From: Aulosira sp. ZfuVER01
GTDB lineage: Bacteria; Cyanobacteriota; Cyanobacteriia; Cyanobacteriales; Nostocaceae
Reading direction: 5' to 3'
Assembly (NCBI GenBank): GCA_034530615.2
Contig: JAVRCV020000052.1
Location: 128,001-192,000 of the forward strand
Length of the DNA: 64,000 nucleotides
Shown: positions 48,059 through 59,813 of the stretch, one piece after another
Position numbering within the stretch: the first letter of the stretch is position 1
Layout: the number at the start of each line of letters is the position of its first letter
The notes under the pieces: model-generated
What the model was told of the DNA's origin: nothing
Seen by the model: only the letters and a program-made list of their open reading frames with translations
Database searches by the model: none
Position numbers and translations under genes: made by a program

Positions 48059-49399
48059 TTAAGTGTATTCAGGTTGTTCTACAGGAATTTCCAGCATAAA
48101 CTTGGCTCCTTGTCCTGGGGATGAGGAACAAGTTATCTGTCCTTGATGCTTTTGCACCACAATTTGATAGCTAATTGACAATCCTAGCCCACTGCCTTTG
48201 CCTACAGGTTTTGTGGTAAAAAATGGATCGAATAAACGCGATCGCAATGATTCCTCTATACCAGGGCCATTATCTGCGATCGCAATCTTGACTGTATTCG
48301 CTGCTGTCACCTCTGTATGAATTTGAATTTGCGGATTTGTGGTTGATAGGGTGAAGTGAGGAAGATGCTCGTTTTCTTGGTTCTCAGTTGTTTGCTGATT
48401 CATCGCCAAGCCATCTAACGCATCAATCGCATTATTTAACAAATGCATAAATACTTGGTTGATTTCACTGGCATAGCAAGTAACTAAGGGCAAATTTCCA
48501 TAATCTTTAAATATAGCAATAGCGGGACGATCCACAGTTTCCCGCAGTCGATGCTCTAACATGAGCAAAGCGCTGTCGATACCATCATGGATATTCACCT
48601 GTTTCATTACAGCTTCATCATGTCTGGAAAAGTTTTGTAGTGCTAATACAATGTTTGTGATGCGCTCTGCACCTCTATACATAGCACCCATGAGAGTTTG
48701 CAGATCCTTCGTGACAAAATTTAAATCTATATCTTTAACTATTTTTTCAATCTTAGGAGTAGGTTGGGGATATTCTTGTTGATATGCAGTAATAATATTT
48801 ACTAAATCTTGGATATACTGACCAGCATATTGGAGATTGCCATAGATAAAACTGATCGGGTTATTAACTTCATGAGCAATTCCTGCTACTAACTGTCCCA
48901 GGGCTACCATCTTTTCGTTTTGAATTTGTTGAACTTGAGCAGCTTTCAAACTATCAAGAGCCTCTTTTAGTAAAAGATTTTTTTCTTGCAGTTTAATTTG
49001 GAACAACCGTAAATTAATTTGATTTTCAATTCGCAATATAACTTCTGCTCCATGAAAAGGTTTAGTAATATAATCAGCACCTCCGACCTCAAAGGCTTTA
49101 ACTTTATCTAAAACATCATCTAAGGCACTAATAAAAATGACAGGCACTTCAGCAGTAATTTTGTCACTTTTAAGTTGCTGACAAACTTGATATCCATCCA
49201 TCTCTGGCATATTAATATCAAGTAAAATCACATCAGGTAAAACCATTCGGCAGGCGGTGAGTGCTATTTTTCCATTTAAAGCTTTGCGAACTTCATAGCC
49301 TTGGGCTGTTAACATTGCTGATAATAGACGCAAGTTATTTGGTGTATCATCGACCACCAAAATATTGCCTTTCTGATTGTTGTTATTACTTAAATTCAT
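48059..49399 (-). CDS. Hybrid REC-histidine kinase (NtrB-like HisKA)
   Basis: ILVVDDTPNN receiver; GQLVAGIAHEVNNP H-box; DPFFTTKPVGKGSGLGL. Confidence 0.9.
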   Translation of the reverse strand: MNLSNNNNQKGNILVVDDTPNNLRLLSAMLTAQGYEVRKALNGKIALTACRMVLPDVILLDINMPEMDGYQVCQQLKSDKITAEVPVIFISALDDVLDKVKAFEVGGADYITKPFHGAEVILRIENQINLRLFQIKLQEKNLLLKEALDSLKAAQVQQIQNEKMVALGQLVAGIAHEVNNPISFIYGNLQYAGQYIQDLVNIITAYQQEYPQPTPKIEKIVKDIDLNFVTKDLQTLMGAMYRGAERITNIVLALQNFSRHDEAVMKQVNIHDGIDSALLMLEHRLRETVDRPAIAIFKDYGNLPLVTCYASEINQVFMHLLNNAIDALDGLAMNQQTTENQENEHLPHFTLSTTNPQIQIHTEVTAANTVKIAIADNGPGIEESLRSRLFDPFFTTKPVGKGSGLGLSISYQIVVQKHQGQITCSSSPGQGAKFMLEIPVEQPEYT

Positions 49400-49631
49400 T
49401 TGTAAATAAACTATAGCTTGAGAATAAAAAACCACGTCCAAGATTGGACATGGTTTTTGGGCATAAGGCTTATGGAATTAGTCATTAGGAAACCTTCTCC
49501 ATGCCCTATACCCCAAGCAAAGAGGCACCTATCTTCCTCACCTATGAAAGAATGAAGTTTCTCGCCGCTTTCGATCGGGGATAAAAACAGTAAATGCATA
49601 TTTTGACAAATTGTTAAGCTTGCCTTCTCAA

Positions 49632-50975
49632 TTAAGGAGACTTTTTGGCAGAAGAATTTGGTAATTTTACTCCAGCCCAAATAATAAGTGGCTGTCCAAC
49701 TTGTTTATAAAGCAAACTTTCAAGAATTAAACCGTTATTATTAGCAGTCAAGGCTTGATTAGGCTGCTTCAAAGACTCATAAAAGCCGTTATACCATCCT
49801 TTATCTGACTTAAGGTTTGTTTGGACAAAATTCAACAATTGACGAGTGTAAGCAGTGTTATAAAGTACATGCCAGCCGATAGCTACTTTAGTACTGAGGA
49901 ATCGCAAATTATTGTATTTTTCTTGAGTATCTGTAATAGTTACCCAAGCTTCTCCGTTGACAAACAAACTGTTATAAACAAAATAGGGAGGACGATCTAA
50001 GTTGTCTTTTGTAACAGCTGTTAATTGTTTTGTGGTGAGATAACGAGATTCTTGAGCAGCTAAAATGCGATCTGCATAAGCTTTAGGTAAAGCTTGAAAT
50101 CCAGTTTCAATACCATCAAGAATATAAGGTTCGCTGAGAACGTAGTTATTCGCTCCTGAATTTTCGTAGTTCCGTTGGTCGTAAGGTACACCCTTGCCGT
50201 AGAGATTAACAAAAGCGACATGGGACTGATAATTTAATGCTTGTTTAACATTCAATCCCCAGATTTTTAGACCATAAGCAGCATAATTCTCATAGCCTAA
50301 GCGTCCTTCTTGGTGGTACTGCTCTTTACCGTTGCTCAGGGTAGTACCATAAATTTGTTCGTTGTTTGTAAGACGTTGAACTTGCCAATGCTGCCAGACA
50401 GCTTCTGTTTTCGATTGCAAGTGTGGATATTTTGCCCCGACAATCTTGAGCCAGATTGCCATCCGTCCCAAATCAATAGCTGACCAGCCAATTTCTGCTC
50501 TTGTTTCTAATTGACCGTAATTTATCGGTATGAGAGTTTGTGAATTGTAGACTTTATTGGGGAGTTCTCCTTTATATAAAGAGATAGATGCTAGAGTCTG
50601 CAACATTCGACTCATTTTGGTTTCAAATTCTAATGCAGAGACAATTTTGAGTTCTCTAGCACTGACCAAAGCAGCGCAAGCAGCTGCTTGATCCCACATT
50701 GTCACAGAAGTAAATCCATCAACCGAGTTCACCAAGCCTGTGGTGTCGTTCCAGTTACGCTGAAAGTATAACCAAGCCTGATGAGCGATCGCAATTTCTT
50801 CTGGGGTTAATGTTCCGACTCCAGGTGCGATATAAGGAGTTTTACTGATAATCGCCTGACTAGGAGTAATAGGCGTACCAGGTAATACCAACGATTGAGC
50901 GTCAAGTTTGGCAATTGCTTGTACTGCATTGCCAGAGGTATCAGAGTGAGATGTCGAGATTTCCGTTTTTAGCAC
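49632..50975 (-). CDS. DUF3131 family protein (putative glycoside-hydrolase-like); 5' end appears disrupted
   Basis: AWLYFQRNWNDTTGLVNSV, TMWD, ELPNKVYN, GWSAIDLGR, QEGRLGYENYAA, TANNNGLILESLLY; in-frame TGA at 51003-51005 upstream. Confidence 0.75.
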   Translation of the reverse strand: MLKTEISTSHSDTSGNAVQAIAKLDAQSLVLPGTPITPSQAIISKTPYIAPGVGTLTPEEIAIAHQAWLYFQRNWNDTTGLVNSVDGFTSVTMWDQAAACAALVSARELKIVSALEFETKMSRMLQTLASISLYKGELPNKVYNSQTLIPINYGQLETRAEIGWSAIDLGRMAIWLKIVGAKYPHLQSKTEAVWQHWQVQRLTNNEQIYGTTLSNGKEQYHQEGRLGYENYAAYGLKIWGLNVKQALNYQSHVAFVNLYGKGVPYDQRNYENSGANNYVLSEPYILDGIETGFQALPKAYADRILAAQESRYLTTKQLTAVTKDNLDRPPYFVYNSLFVNGEAWVTITDTQEKYNNLRFLSTKVAIGWHVLYNTAYTRQLLNFVQTNLKSDKGWYNGFYESLKQPNQALTANNNGLILESLLYKQVGQPLIIWAGVKLPNSSAKKSP

Positions 50976-51673
50976 AGTACCAGTACTATAAAGCAGGTTA
51001 GATCAATAATTGAAACCAGCGATAGCGATTATAGCTGAACTACCCCTTCTACGGAAGCTATTATTGATTTAGCTTTTAGGCGGTGAGCGAACGTCATGCT
51101 GTCATTTTGGATATAATCTTGACGTGTCAATTATTACTTTTTGTTAAAATAAGAAATTTCTCTGAGATAACAAGAGAAATTAATACAAATTAGCAGCTAA
51201 AACTTCTACTGTAACGACCCGAAGACAAAAGGCTGTTCGGTGCAGTTGCGATCGCACCAATATTTCCCGGATTTATTGCTCTTAGTTCTCAAACCAAAGC
51301 TTCCCTTTGTTAAGAGGCTGTAGAGGCGGTTTGAGCGAGAACTTAGTGCATGGATGAACTAAATCGTAAACTTTCTGATCATCATTCAGGTGTTTTATTG
51401 GATCTACTTTGGCTTTAAGTTTATCGAGGTAGGCAACGATGCGGTGTTATTCACAAAGAAGAGGAAGATAAACAGCGCTGAACGAATTACGCCTAGTCTT
51501 AATGTTAGAACACTAACGTTTGGGTTAATTGTACTCATAATTCAAGAATTCAGAACCATAACTCATTCTCAATCAATAACTTCTCTGAACGCCTCAACCC
51601 TAATGACTTCTAAAAATTGAGGCGAGAGGTAGTGTGCCAGTTAGTAAAGAACTTTATTGTTTGCGATCAAAAA

Positions 51674-52165
51674 TTAAACTTGAAACCACGCTGTTAAAGC
51701 TACAGCCAAAGCATCTGCCGCATCATCTGGCTTGGGAATATCCTCTAAATTTAACTCCCGCGCTACCGCCTCTTGCACTTCGTACTTTTCAGCATTACCA
51801 TATCCCGTGAGCGCTTGTTTGATTTGAGCAGGGGTAAACTCCACATAAGGGAGACGACGCTGTGCTAACACTAACATGAGTACACCCCGGGCTTGTGCAA
51901 CCAGAATAGTACTTGACATACGATAAAAGAATAACTTCTCAATCGCAACCAAGTCAGGTTGCAACTCTTCCATCAGGGTGTGCAAATCGTCAAATAAGGT
52001 ACATAACCGTTGTCCCATTTCCTCATCCGCAGGCGTAGTGATAACGCCAAAATCTAGCATCTGAACGGTTGTGTCTTGGATCTTAGCTGGATTTTGTTTG
52101 CAGGTAATTACCCCAAATCCTAAAATCGCCAGCCCTGGGTCTAATCCTAAAATGCGTTTTTCCAT
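51674..52165 (-). CDS. ruvC: Holliday junction resolvase RuvC
   Basis: [46 protein letters not shown]. Confidence 0.96.
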   Translation of the reverse strand: MEKRILGLDPGLAILGFGVITCKQNPAKIQDTTVQMLDFGVITTPADEEMGQRLCTLFDDLHTLMEELQPDLVAIEKLFFYRMSSTILVAQARGVLMLVLAQRRLPYVEFTPAQIKQALTGYGNAEKYEVQEAVARELNLEDIPKPDDAADALAVALTAWFQV

Positions 52166-52326
52166 TCGATTCACTTTTACCACACAAGGTGTTTTCTGAC
52201 TGGGAATGCTGGCAACTTTGACGACTTACTCAAAGTCTATAGGAATGAAAAATTGTACTTGGTGTTTTAACCAGGTAGTGTACATTTTCTGTTAATTATT
52301 ATTTGTCCCACTGCTCTGAATCAGGT

Positions 52327-53697
52327 ATGTCAATTGGTTTTCTCAGACAAGCCCTCCACGCTCTGCAACAGCAGTCGCGTAGCCGCACTTCCCATCGGGT
52401 GAACCAGTGGTTCAAGTGGTTATCCCCAGGATTATCAGTCAAACGTTGGTTACTAATCAGTGTTGGTGGTGTGTTGCTGGCGAGTCTGGGGTTGGCGATT
52501 TGGATTAAGCTGACCCCAATTTTTTGGGCAATAGAATTGCTTAGGGGGTTTCTGGGATTCCTCGCTGAAATCTTACCCAACTATATCAGTGGCCCTTTAG
52601 TACTGCTGTGCGGCTTATTATTGCTGCTTTGGGGGCAAACTCGTACCGTAGGCTCAATTACTAAAGTACTCAGGCCAGAAGGCGAAGAAGAACTGATTGA
52701 TGTCCTGTTGGCACATCACCGATTGTACCGAGGTCCAAAAATAGTGGTGATTGGCGGTGGTACAGGTCTTTCGACTTTACTGCGGGGGCTGAAAACCTAC
52801 AGCGCTAATATTACTGCGATTGTAACTGTAGCTGATGATGGTGGGTCTTCGGGGCGTTTACGCCAAGAATTTGGCGTGCTACCACCAGGAGATATTCGCA
52901 ATTGTTTGGCAGCATTAGCAGATGAAGAAAAGTTACTCACAGAATTGTTCCAATACCGCTTTCGGGCTGGGGATGGTTTAAGCGGTCATAGTTTTGGAAA
53001 TTTATTTTTAACGGCGATGAGTGATATTACTGGGGATTTGGAACGAGCTGTGGCAGCTAGTTCTAAAGTCCTGGCAGTCCGAGGGCAAGTTTTACCAGCT
53101 ACTCTCAGTGATGTTCGTCTTTGGGCAGAATTAGCCGATGGTCGCCGGATTGAGGGAGAATCTAGCATTCCCAAGGCTGGCGGTAGAATTGTGAAAATTG
53201 GCTGTATTCCTGCTAACCCCCCAGCTTTACCAGCAGCTATTAAAGCAATTAAAGAAGCTAATTACATTATTATTGGCCCTGGTAGCCTTTATACAAGTTT
53301 AATTCCTAATTTATTAGTACCAGAAATTGCTGATGCGATCGCCCAAACAGAAGCTCTCCGCATTTATGTCTGCAATATTATGACTCAACCAGGGGAAACT
53401 GAAGGATACACTGTTGCCGACCATATCAGAGCAATTGATGCGGCTACTGGGAATAGGCAGCTATTTGATGCTGTATTGGTACACAAAAAATCTCCTTCTG
53501 CTAAGTCACTGATTCGCTACGCTCAACAAAATTCCCACCCCGTCTTTTTAGATCGAGAAGATGTAACTCTTTTAGGGCGTAGAATTGTCCCAGCTAATGT
53601 TTTGTTTGAAGATGAAACAGGCTATGTTCGTCACAATCCCGAGAAACTAGCAAAAGTATTATTGCGGTGGTACAGTGGAGCGCATCATGGCAAATAA
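52327..53697 (+). CDS. yvcK: YvcK/GlmR (CofD-like) family protein with an N-terminal membrane segment
   Basis: [60 protein letters not shown]. Confidence 0.9.
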   Translation: MSIGFLRQALHALQQQSRSRTSHRVNQWFKWLSPGLSVKRWLLISVGGVLLASLGLAIWIKLTPIFWAIELLRGFLGFLAEILPNYISGPLVLLCGLLLLLWGQTRTVGSITKVLRPEGEEELIDVLLAHHRLYRGPKIVVIGGGTGLSTLLRGLKTYSANITAIVTVADDGGSSGRLRQEFGVLPPGDIRNCLAALADEEKLLTELFQYRFRAGDGLSGHSFGNLFLTAMSDITGDLERAVAASSKVLAVRGQVLPATLSDVRLWAELADGRRIEGESSIPKAGGRIVKIGCIPANPPALPAAIKAIKEANYIIIGPGSLYTSLIPNLLVPEIADAIAQTEALRIYVCNIMTQPGETEGYTVADHIRAIDAATGNRQLFDAVLVHKKSPSAKSLIRYAQQNSHPVFLDREDVTLLGRRIVPANVLFEDETGYVRHNPEKLAKVLLRWYSGAHHGK

Positions 53698-54175
53698 AAT
53701 TGTGCTAGCAGATGCAGAGGCTACCTTAAATTTAGGTATTACTTTTGGGCAATGCTTAAATGCTGGCAGTGTAATTTTACTGGAAGGTGATTTAGGTGCT
53801 GGCAAAACTACTTTAGTCCAAGGTATCGGCAAAGGTTTGGGGATTTGGGAACCGATTGTCAGTCCGACTTTCACAATTATTAATGAGTACACACAAGGAC
53901 GGGTTCCCCTTTACCACTTGGATTTGTACCGCTTAGAATCACAAGAAGTTGCTGCTTTAAACTTAGACTCATACTGGGAAGGCGTTGAGGTCACACCGGG
54001 AATTGTGGCCATCGAATGGGCAGAACGAATGCCCTACAAACCAGATAGTTATATTAGTGTCTATTTGACTTATGGTAATGAAGGCGATCGCCAAGCTCAA
54101 ATAACTTCATATAATTACTCTATTAGTGAAGTAATCGCCACTATTGCGACTGATTTAAATAACATTGAATTTTGA
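53687..54175 (+). CDS. tsaE: tRNA threonylcarbamoyladenosine biosynthesis ATPase TsaE
   Basis: [32 protein letters not shown]. Confidence 0.95.
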   Translation: MANKIVLADAEATLNLGITFGQCLNAGSVILLEGDLGAGKTTLVQGIGKGLGIWEPIVSPTFTIINEYTQGRVPLYHLDLYRLESQEVAALNLDSYWEGVEVTPGIVAIEWAERMPYKPDSYISVYLTYGNEGDRQAQITSYNYSISEVIATIATDLNNIEF

Positions 54176-54206
54176 TATTTTACAGTCCTGTAATTTTTGA
54201 TAAATT

Positions 54207-54251
54207 AGGCAGAAGGGAGTATTTTTTGTTTTCCCTTCTGCCTGATTTTTT
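54207..54251 (+). terminator. Probable intrinsic terminator after yvcK-tsaE
   Basis: AGGCAGAAGGGA...TCCCTTCTGCCT stem followed by GATTTTTT. Confidence 0.65.
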
Positions 54252-55128
54252 ACTAACGTATTGTCTTTTTTATTTCATTGAATTTTGGCAAATAGTCAAC
54301 AGAGAATCTAGAATTGTGCTATCTACCACTACCGCGCTCATCTGAACAATTAATTAACATATTGGTCTGCGTCTCTCCCAAAATTAACAGCATAAGTAAA
54401 CATCAGAAAATGGATGCATTATTGGCATCTACTATTTTTTGGCTGAAGTAATCACTAGTACATCAAGGCAGAAATAAAACTATCATTCAAAACAGCGTCA
54501 AATCCCAGATACTTTGCATTTTGATTACTTCATTTATACGGAATGGCTTCTCGCAGAGTATGGCATCATTATTTGCTGAAAATTGCTAATCTACTGGCAA
54601 TATGCTTTTTCATCCTGAGATTACCTTGATAATTTGGATGTTTGATTTTATTGAAACGATTGTTGGGTAATTCCTGCTTAAATTTGTTAAACAGTAGTCA
54701 GCTATCTAGCTGTATTTGCCAAATACAACCCATAATTGTTTTTTAAATCACAGAGTTGAAGACTGTGTCATTTAAGCATATATAGATTTATCATTTTTTG
54801 AAAACAGAGTTTTTACAGAACAGATTTAAATTTATTTATCCAGGCTATATTTCTCTAATTGAGCCAAGCAATATTAAAATCCTGAAATACCGAAATCTTA
54901 GTGTGAAAGTTAAATAATATCAAAATTATTTCAGCATTATAACTTAGAGATATGCTTGTTATTTACATGGATATTCAATATTTATACAGAAAAATATAAT
55001 ATTAAGTCATGATTATTTTTATAGAATTAAATTGTTATCACTCACAAACAAGTTATTTTTCTATACAGGAATAGATATATTACTTAAATATCAATAAAAG
55101 TCATTCTTAAAATTCGTATAAATACGCG

Positions 55129-55154
55129 AAAATCTCGTATGCATACGAGATTTT
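55129..55154. terminator. Perfect 26-bp palindrome downstream of the patatin gene
   Basis: AAAATCTCGTATG|CATACGAGATTTT. Confidence 0.55.
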
Positions 55155-55207
55155 TCTGAATCTAATGTCTTGCTTTTTATTTCTAAATATCTTTCTCGGT
55201 GAATACA

Positions 55208-56389
55208 CTAGTTAATAGCAATAAAAGAGGCGATCGCCTCTTTTACATTAGGGCCTACATCATCTCTCGTATAGTAAGTATGTCCTTCATGAATAAATGT
55301 AGATGTAGCATTAATCAATTGTTGAATAACGTCTTGGTTAGCATCATCTATTTCTTCGCTGACTTTTTTACCTGTATATTTATTTTTTCGCTCTTCCGGT
55401 CGCAATATAATACGAGTATCTTTGTATGTCTCTCCTGATTTAGCCCTAAATCTCTCATTTAAATCAAACTGAAGGCGTAAATAACGTTGAGATTCATATC
55501 CACCCATAATTTGTCGGCAAATAGTGGTATCAATTTCAGAGCTAGGTTCCATAAAAATATCAGTAATATGTTGCGCCCAGTCTAGGGGCTTCCATTTGTG
55601 TACTTGCTCAAATTGATATGGTTCCCCAGTTTGACCAGTCCCAATAGAAAGGATGGAGATATCTTTCATCTGGATATTTTCTAGTTTATATTTGCGTTTC
55701 GTTTCTGGAGAGACAAGCCGATCTGAAGATTGACTTATTCTCATCACCAAACTCAGGGCGGCTAAACCCGGATTATTAGCTGATACTCCACCATCAATAT
55801 GAGGGAACACCCAGTTACCAAATTTCTCTTTATTAACAGGCTCTAATTTATAAGGTGGGAAGAACGTAGGAGCAGATGCAGAAGCGACACATATCTCCCA
55901 TAAATAACATTCATCATACCAACGGTATCCTAAATCTGGATGACAATTTGTAAAAAATGTAGTGTTGCGATAGAGCGTATCGTAAGCCAGAATCAAAAGA
56001 ATCGGACTTTCTATATCTTGTATTCGCTTATATCCCAACTTATCAATTAGGACTTGAATTAGCCCGTCATGAGAATATTTGCTTGGTGAAAATGCTTCGA
56101 TAATTTGTTGGACAAACGCTGGAAACATGTGATAGCGATTTTTGCGTTTGAGGGGAAATATCCGCTTACCTTCGTTGATATATAAATCAATCAGTTCTGC
56201 ACTTGTTTTACCCACAGCAATGCCTGCTGCTAAAATTGACCCAGTAGAAGTACCGGCAATTAAGTCGAAGTACTCATTTAAATTCTGACCTTTCTGCTTT
56301 CTAACCTGTTGCTCAACTTCTTGGAGGATGCGGGCTGAGATGACTCCACGCATACCGCCACCATCTAAACTTAAGATTTTGAAAGACAT
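55208..56389 (-). CDS. Patatin-like phospholipase
   Basis: ILSLDGGGMRG, FDLIAGTSTG (nucleophile Ser), ASASAPTFF, IDGGVSANNP, LSIGTG. Confidence 0.92.
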   Translation of the reverse strand: MSFKILSLDGGGMRGVISARILQEVEQQVRKQKGQNLNEYFDLIAGTSTGSILAAGIAVGKTSAELIDLYINEGKRIFPLKRKNRYHMFPAFVQQIIEAFSPSKYSHDGLIQVLIDKLGYKRIQDIESPILLILAYDTLYRNTTFFTNCHPDLGYRWYDECYLWEICVASASAPTFFPPYKLEPVNKEKFGNWVFPHIDGGVSANNPGLAALSLVMRISQSSDRLVSPETKRKYKLENIQMKDISILSIGTGQTGEPYQFEQVHKWKPLDWAQHITDIFMEPSSEIDTTICRQIMGGYESQRYLRLQFDLNERFRAKSGETYKDTRIILRPEERKNKYTGKKVSEEIDDANQDVIQQLINATSTFIHEGHTYYTRDDVGPNVKEAIASFIAIN

Positions 56390-56655
56390 ATTTATTCTCC
56401 TTATTTTTCCATATAGTGATTTTTGGATATAGTGCTTTAAGCATCACAAAATTTGCTGCTAGCAGAATTTATCGAGCAACTGAAAACCCAATAATTTAGG
56501 ATTGCAACTGATAAATTCTCTGCAAGCAACAAGTCTATACGCTGAAATCATCTCTAGCAATGGCGCTGGCACACCTAAACCTGGCCAGTACTACCGTAAC
56601 CTTGAGGTATAATGATTTATAGTTGTACAGTACGTAAGTTGGAACTAAATCTGAG

Positions 56656-57975
56656 CTACAAGAAAGTTAAAGCTTGACCGCGAACTTCTGTATTTAACTT
56701 GCCTTTGTCATAAACAATTTCACCACCAACAATAGTTGTGATAGCCCATCCAGTCAGGTCCCAACCTTCAAACGGACTCCAACCACATTTAGTTAAAAGT
56801 TCTTCACGCCGGACTGGGTGGTAAGTATTTAAATCTACAAGCACTAAATCAGCATCATAACCAGGAGCGATCGCACCCTTGTTAGGAATACAATATGCTT
56901 CAGCTACAGCTTTGGACATCCAATGCACAACTTGGGCAATTGTACACTTACCTTCCATAGCGGCAGTTAACATTACAGCTAGAGAAGTTTCTACCCCAGG
57001 CATTCCAGAAGGAGTATTGGGATATTCTTGAGCTTTTTCTGCTAAAGTGTGGGGTGCGTGATCTGTGGCGATAAAGTCAATTACACCATCTCGCAAAGCT
57101 TGCCAAAGGACTTGATTATCATGAGGCGATCGCAAAGGTGGATTCATCTGCGCTAAAGTGCCAATTTTTTCATAAGCACTAGTATTTAATAATAGATGCT
57201 GTGGTGTAACCTCTGCTGTCACCCAACTAGGTTTATCTTGACGCAGCAAATCCGCTTCTTCGGCGGTTGACATATGGAGAATATGGAGGCGACGCTGGTA
57301 TTTTTGAGAAAGTTTTAATGCCAGCTGAGTTGCCAAAAGTGCCGCTTGATTATCTTGAATCTGAGAGTGAATTGCCGGATCGTGAAGCCCAGAAAATTCT
57401 TGGCGACGTTGGTTAATTCTCGCTTGGTCTTCAGCATGAACGGCAATTAAGCGATCGCCCTGAGCAAATATTGCCTCCAAGGCTGCTTCTTGGTCAACTA
57501 ATAACTGACCATGCATTGACCCCATGAAAATCTTAATTCCTGGTGTTGGTTTGGCGGTCAGTAAATCTGGCAGATTCTCTGCTGTTGCCCCAATAAAAAA
57601 GCCATAATTAACTAAGCACTTAGTGGAGGCACGTTGTAGCTTATCGTCCAAAGTTTGTTGGTTAGTGGTCAGCGGACGTGTGTTGGGCATCTCCAAAAAG
57701 GAAGTTACTCCCCCTTTGGCGCAGGCACAACTGGCAGTAAACAAATCTTCCTTGTGTTCCAGTCCAGGTTCGCGGAAATGTACCTGCGGATCTATGACTC
57801 CCGGCAACAAAGTTAACCCAGCTGCGTCAATTTCTGTCGTAGGCGTTTGTGTTGAGATTTGGGGTGCAACTTCGACTATTTGGCGATCGCGCGTCAGCAC
57901 ATCCCCAACCATGAATTCACCATTAGGTAGAATTATACGGGCGCGACGAATCAGTAAACTTTTGGGAGATGACAT
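56656..57975 (-). CDS. pyrC: Dihydroorotase (amidohydrolase superfamily)
   Basis: PGVIDPQVHFREPG, GGVTSFLEMPNT, VHAED, MNPPLR, IATDHAPH, GYDADLVL. Confidence 0.88.
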   Translation of the reverse strand: MSSPKSLLIRRARIILPNGEFMVGDVLTRDRQIVEVAPQISTQTPTTEIDAAGLTLLPGVIDPQVHFREPGLEHKEDLFTASCACAKGGVTSFLEMPNTRPLTTNQQTLDDKLQRASTKCLVNYGFFIGATAENLPDLLTAKPTPGIKIFMGSMHGQLLVDQEAALEAIFAQGDRLIAVHAEDQARINQRRQEFSGLHDPAIHSQIQDNQAALLATQLALKLSQKYQRRLHILHMSTAEEADLLRQDKPSWVTAEVTPQHLLLNTSAYEKIGTLAQMNPPLRSPHDNQVLWQALRDGVIDFIATDHAPHTLAEKAQEYPNTPSGMPGVETSLAVMLTAAMEGKCTIAQVVHWMSKAVAEAYCIPNKGAIAPGYDADLVLVDLNTYHPVRREELLTKCGWSPFEGWDLTGWAITTIVGGEIVYDKGKLNTEVRGQALTFL

Positions 57976-58221
57976 GGATTTAACAATATTCAGGTAGAGG
58001 ACTATGCATTACAGAGAACTATCTTTTTAGGTTAAACTTGGTTGCACTCTTAGTAGTCAATTTTTGCCGCAGGTGGAAAAAAAGTTTATTTTTAACTATG
58101 TATATTCCTGTAAAAATGGCAACATAACTATAAAAACCCAGTTCTCCTACTTAAGTCTCAAAAATATATAGTTCCCCTTGGCTAGTTAATCACAGCATCT
58201 TATCTTTACTTCAGTAATTTC

Positions 58222-58863
58222 ATGCAAAATCAAGTGTCTGATAAAAATTCTAGTCAACAACCCGATCATTCCTGGATTGCCGAGCTAGGTAGAACAGTTA
58301 TATTAAGCATAGTTCTAGCCCTAGGAATTCGTACTTTTGTTGCCGAAGCTCGCTGGATTCCCTCTGGCTCAATGGAACCCACCTTGCATGGTACTCCAAA
58401 CCAGTGGGAGGCAGACAAGATAATTGTAGATAAATTGAAGTACAAGTTTTCGCAACCACAACGGGGAGACATTGTGGTCTTTTCGCCTACAGACGAGCTA
58501 AAAAAAGAACAATACAATGATGCCTTCATTAAACGTGTAATTGGCTTACCTGGAGAAAAAGTAGAACTCAGGAATGGCAAAGTCTATATCAACAATAAAC
58601 CTCTCCCAGAAGACAAGTACCTTAGTAGCCAACAACGCACATTAATTGACGTTTGCACATCAGGACAGTCAGTTCCCTTCTTAGAAAAACCCCAGACCAT
58701 ACCCGCAAACTCATACCTAGTGCTGGGTGATAATCGTAATAGTAGCTACGATAGCCGTTGCTGGGGTGTTGTCCCGCAGCAAAATATTATCGGTCGTGCT
58801 GTGCTGCGTTTCTGGCCTCTTAATCATGTTGGTGGCATTGATAAGTCACCCCTATATCCGTAG
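58222..58863 (+). CDS. lepB: Signal peptidase I
   Basis: IPSGSMEPTL (Ser), FIKRVIGLPG (Lys), LGDNRNSSYDSR. Confidence 0.94.
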   Translation: MQNQVSDKNSSQQPDHSWIAELGRTVILSIVLALGIRTFVAEARWIPSGSMEPTLHGTPNQWEADKIIVDKLKYKFSQPQRGDIVVFSPTDELKKEQYNDAFIKRVIGLPGEKVELRNGKVYINNKPLPEDKYLSSQQRTLIDVCTSGQSVPFLEKPQTIPANSYLVLGDNRNSSYDSRCWGVVPQQNIIGRAVLRFWPLNHVGGIDKSPLYP

Positions 58864-59027
58864 TTAAAGATGATGTATTGATGAAAAAGCTTGGCTGTTG
58901 ATGGGCAGTTGAATAATTTTGCTAAATTTAAGTAAGAGCAGAGTTCTCAATTGGGGATTTTAGTGTTGAGATTTGCATCTAAAATCCCAATCCCTCAATA
59001 TAGCTACCCTCGCATTCATCTTGTTTA

Positions 59028-59813
59028 ATGCCGTACTTAGCAAGAATTTTACTCTATCCCATTAAGTCGTTTGATGGTGTAGAAGTTGAGAACGTAAAAG
59101 TTCTCTCTAGTGGTTCGTTAGAATATGACCGTGAATTTGCCATTTTTGATGAGGGCGGTAATGTCGTCAATGGCAAACGCCATGCCAAAATTCATTTATT
59201 GCGAGCAAAATTTGCACTCTTAAATAGAACTATATCTCTGCAAATTCCGGACAGTAACTCGCTACAAGTCTTTCATCTGGATAGGGAACAGCAGGCGCTA
59301 GAAGCAACTTTGAGTGATTTTTTTGGTTTTGCTGTGAGATTACAACAAAATTCACTCTCTGGTTTCCCCGATGATCTCAATTGTTCCGGGCCAACGGTAA
59401 TTAGTACAGCAACTTTGACAGAAGTAGCTTCCTGGTTTCCGGGTATGAGTGTTGAACAAATGCGCCGACGGATGCGTGCGAATATTGAAATTGACGGTGT
59501 ACCAGCGTTTTGGGAAGATCGGTTATTTAGTAGCCGAAGCAATGAAACAATCTCCTTTCGCATAGGAAACGTCTGTTTTTTTGGAATTCAGCCTTGTCAA
59601 CGCTGCATAGTGCCAACACGCGATCCTGATTCAGGACAAGCTGACGCCAACTTTCAAAAAATATTTGTCAAACAGCGACAAGCAACTTTGCCAGATGGGG
59701 TGGCTTCATCCCGGTTTAACCACTTTTACAGATTGAGTGTCAATACAAGAGTATCTGCCTCATCATCTGCCAGAATGTTGCAAATTGGTGACGAAATCGC
59801 AATATTTTCTTAA
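59028..59813 (+). CDS. MOSC domain protein
   Basis: LYPIKS, YDREFAI, RRMRANIEI, PCQRCIVP. Confidence 0.88.
   Translation: MPYLARILLYPIKSFDGVEVENVKVLSSGSLEYDREFAIFDEGGNVVNGKRHAKIHLLRAKFALLNRTISLQIPDSNSLQVFHLDREQQALEATLSDFFGFAVRLQQNSLSGFPDDLNCSGPTVISTATLTEVASWFPGMSVEQMRRRMRANIEIDGVPAFWEDRLFSSRSNETISFRIGNVCFFGIQPCQRCIVPTRDPDSGQADANFQKIFVKQRQATLPDGVASSRFNHFYRLSVNTRVSASSSARMLQIGDEIAIFS

Noticed and set aside
51390..51620. 76-aa ORF downstream of ruvC
   Set aside because: GTG start and no recognisable features; probably spurious.
55208..56389. CBASS anti-phage operon
   Set aside because: The patatin has no adjacent CD-NTase or Cap2/Cap3 genes.
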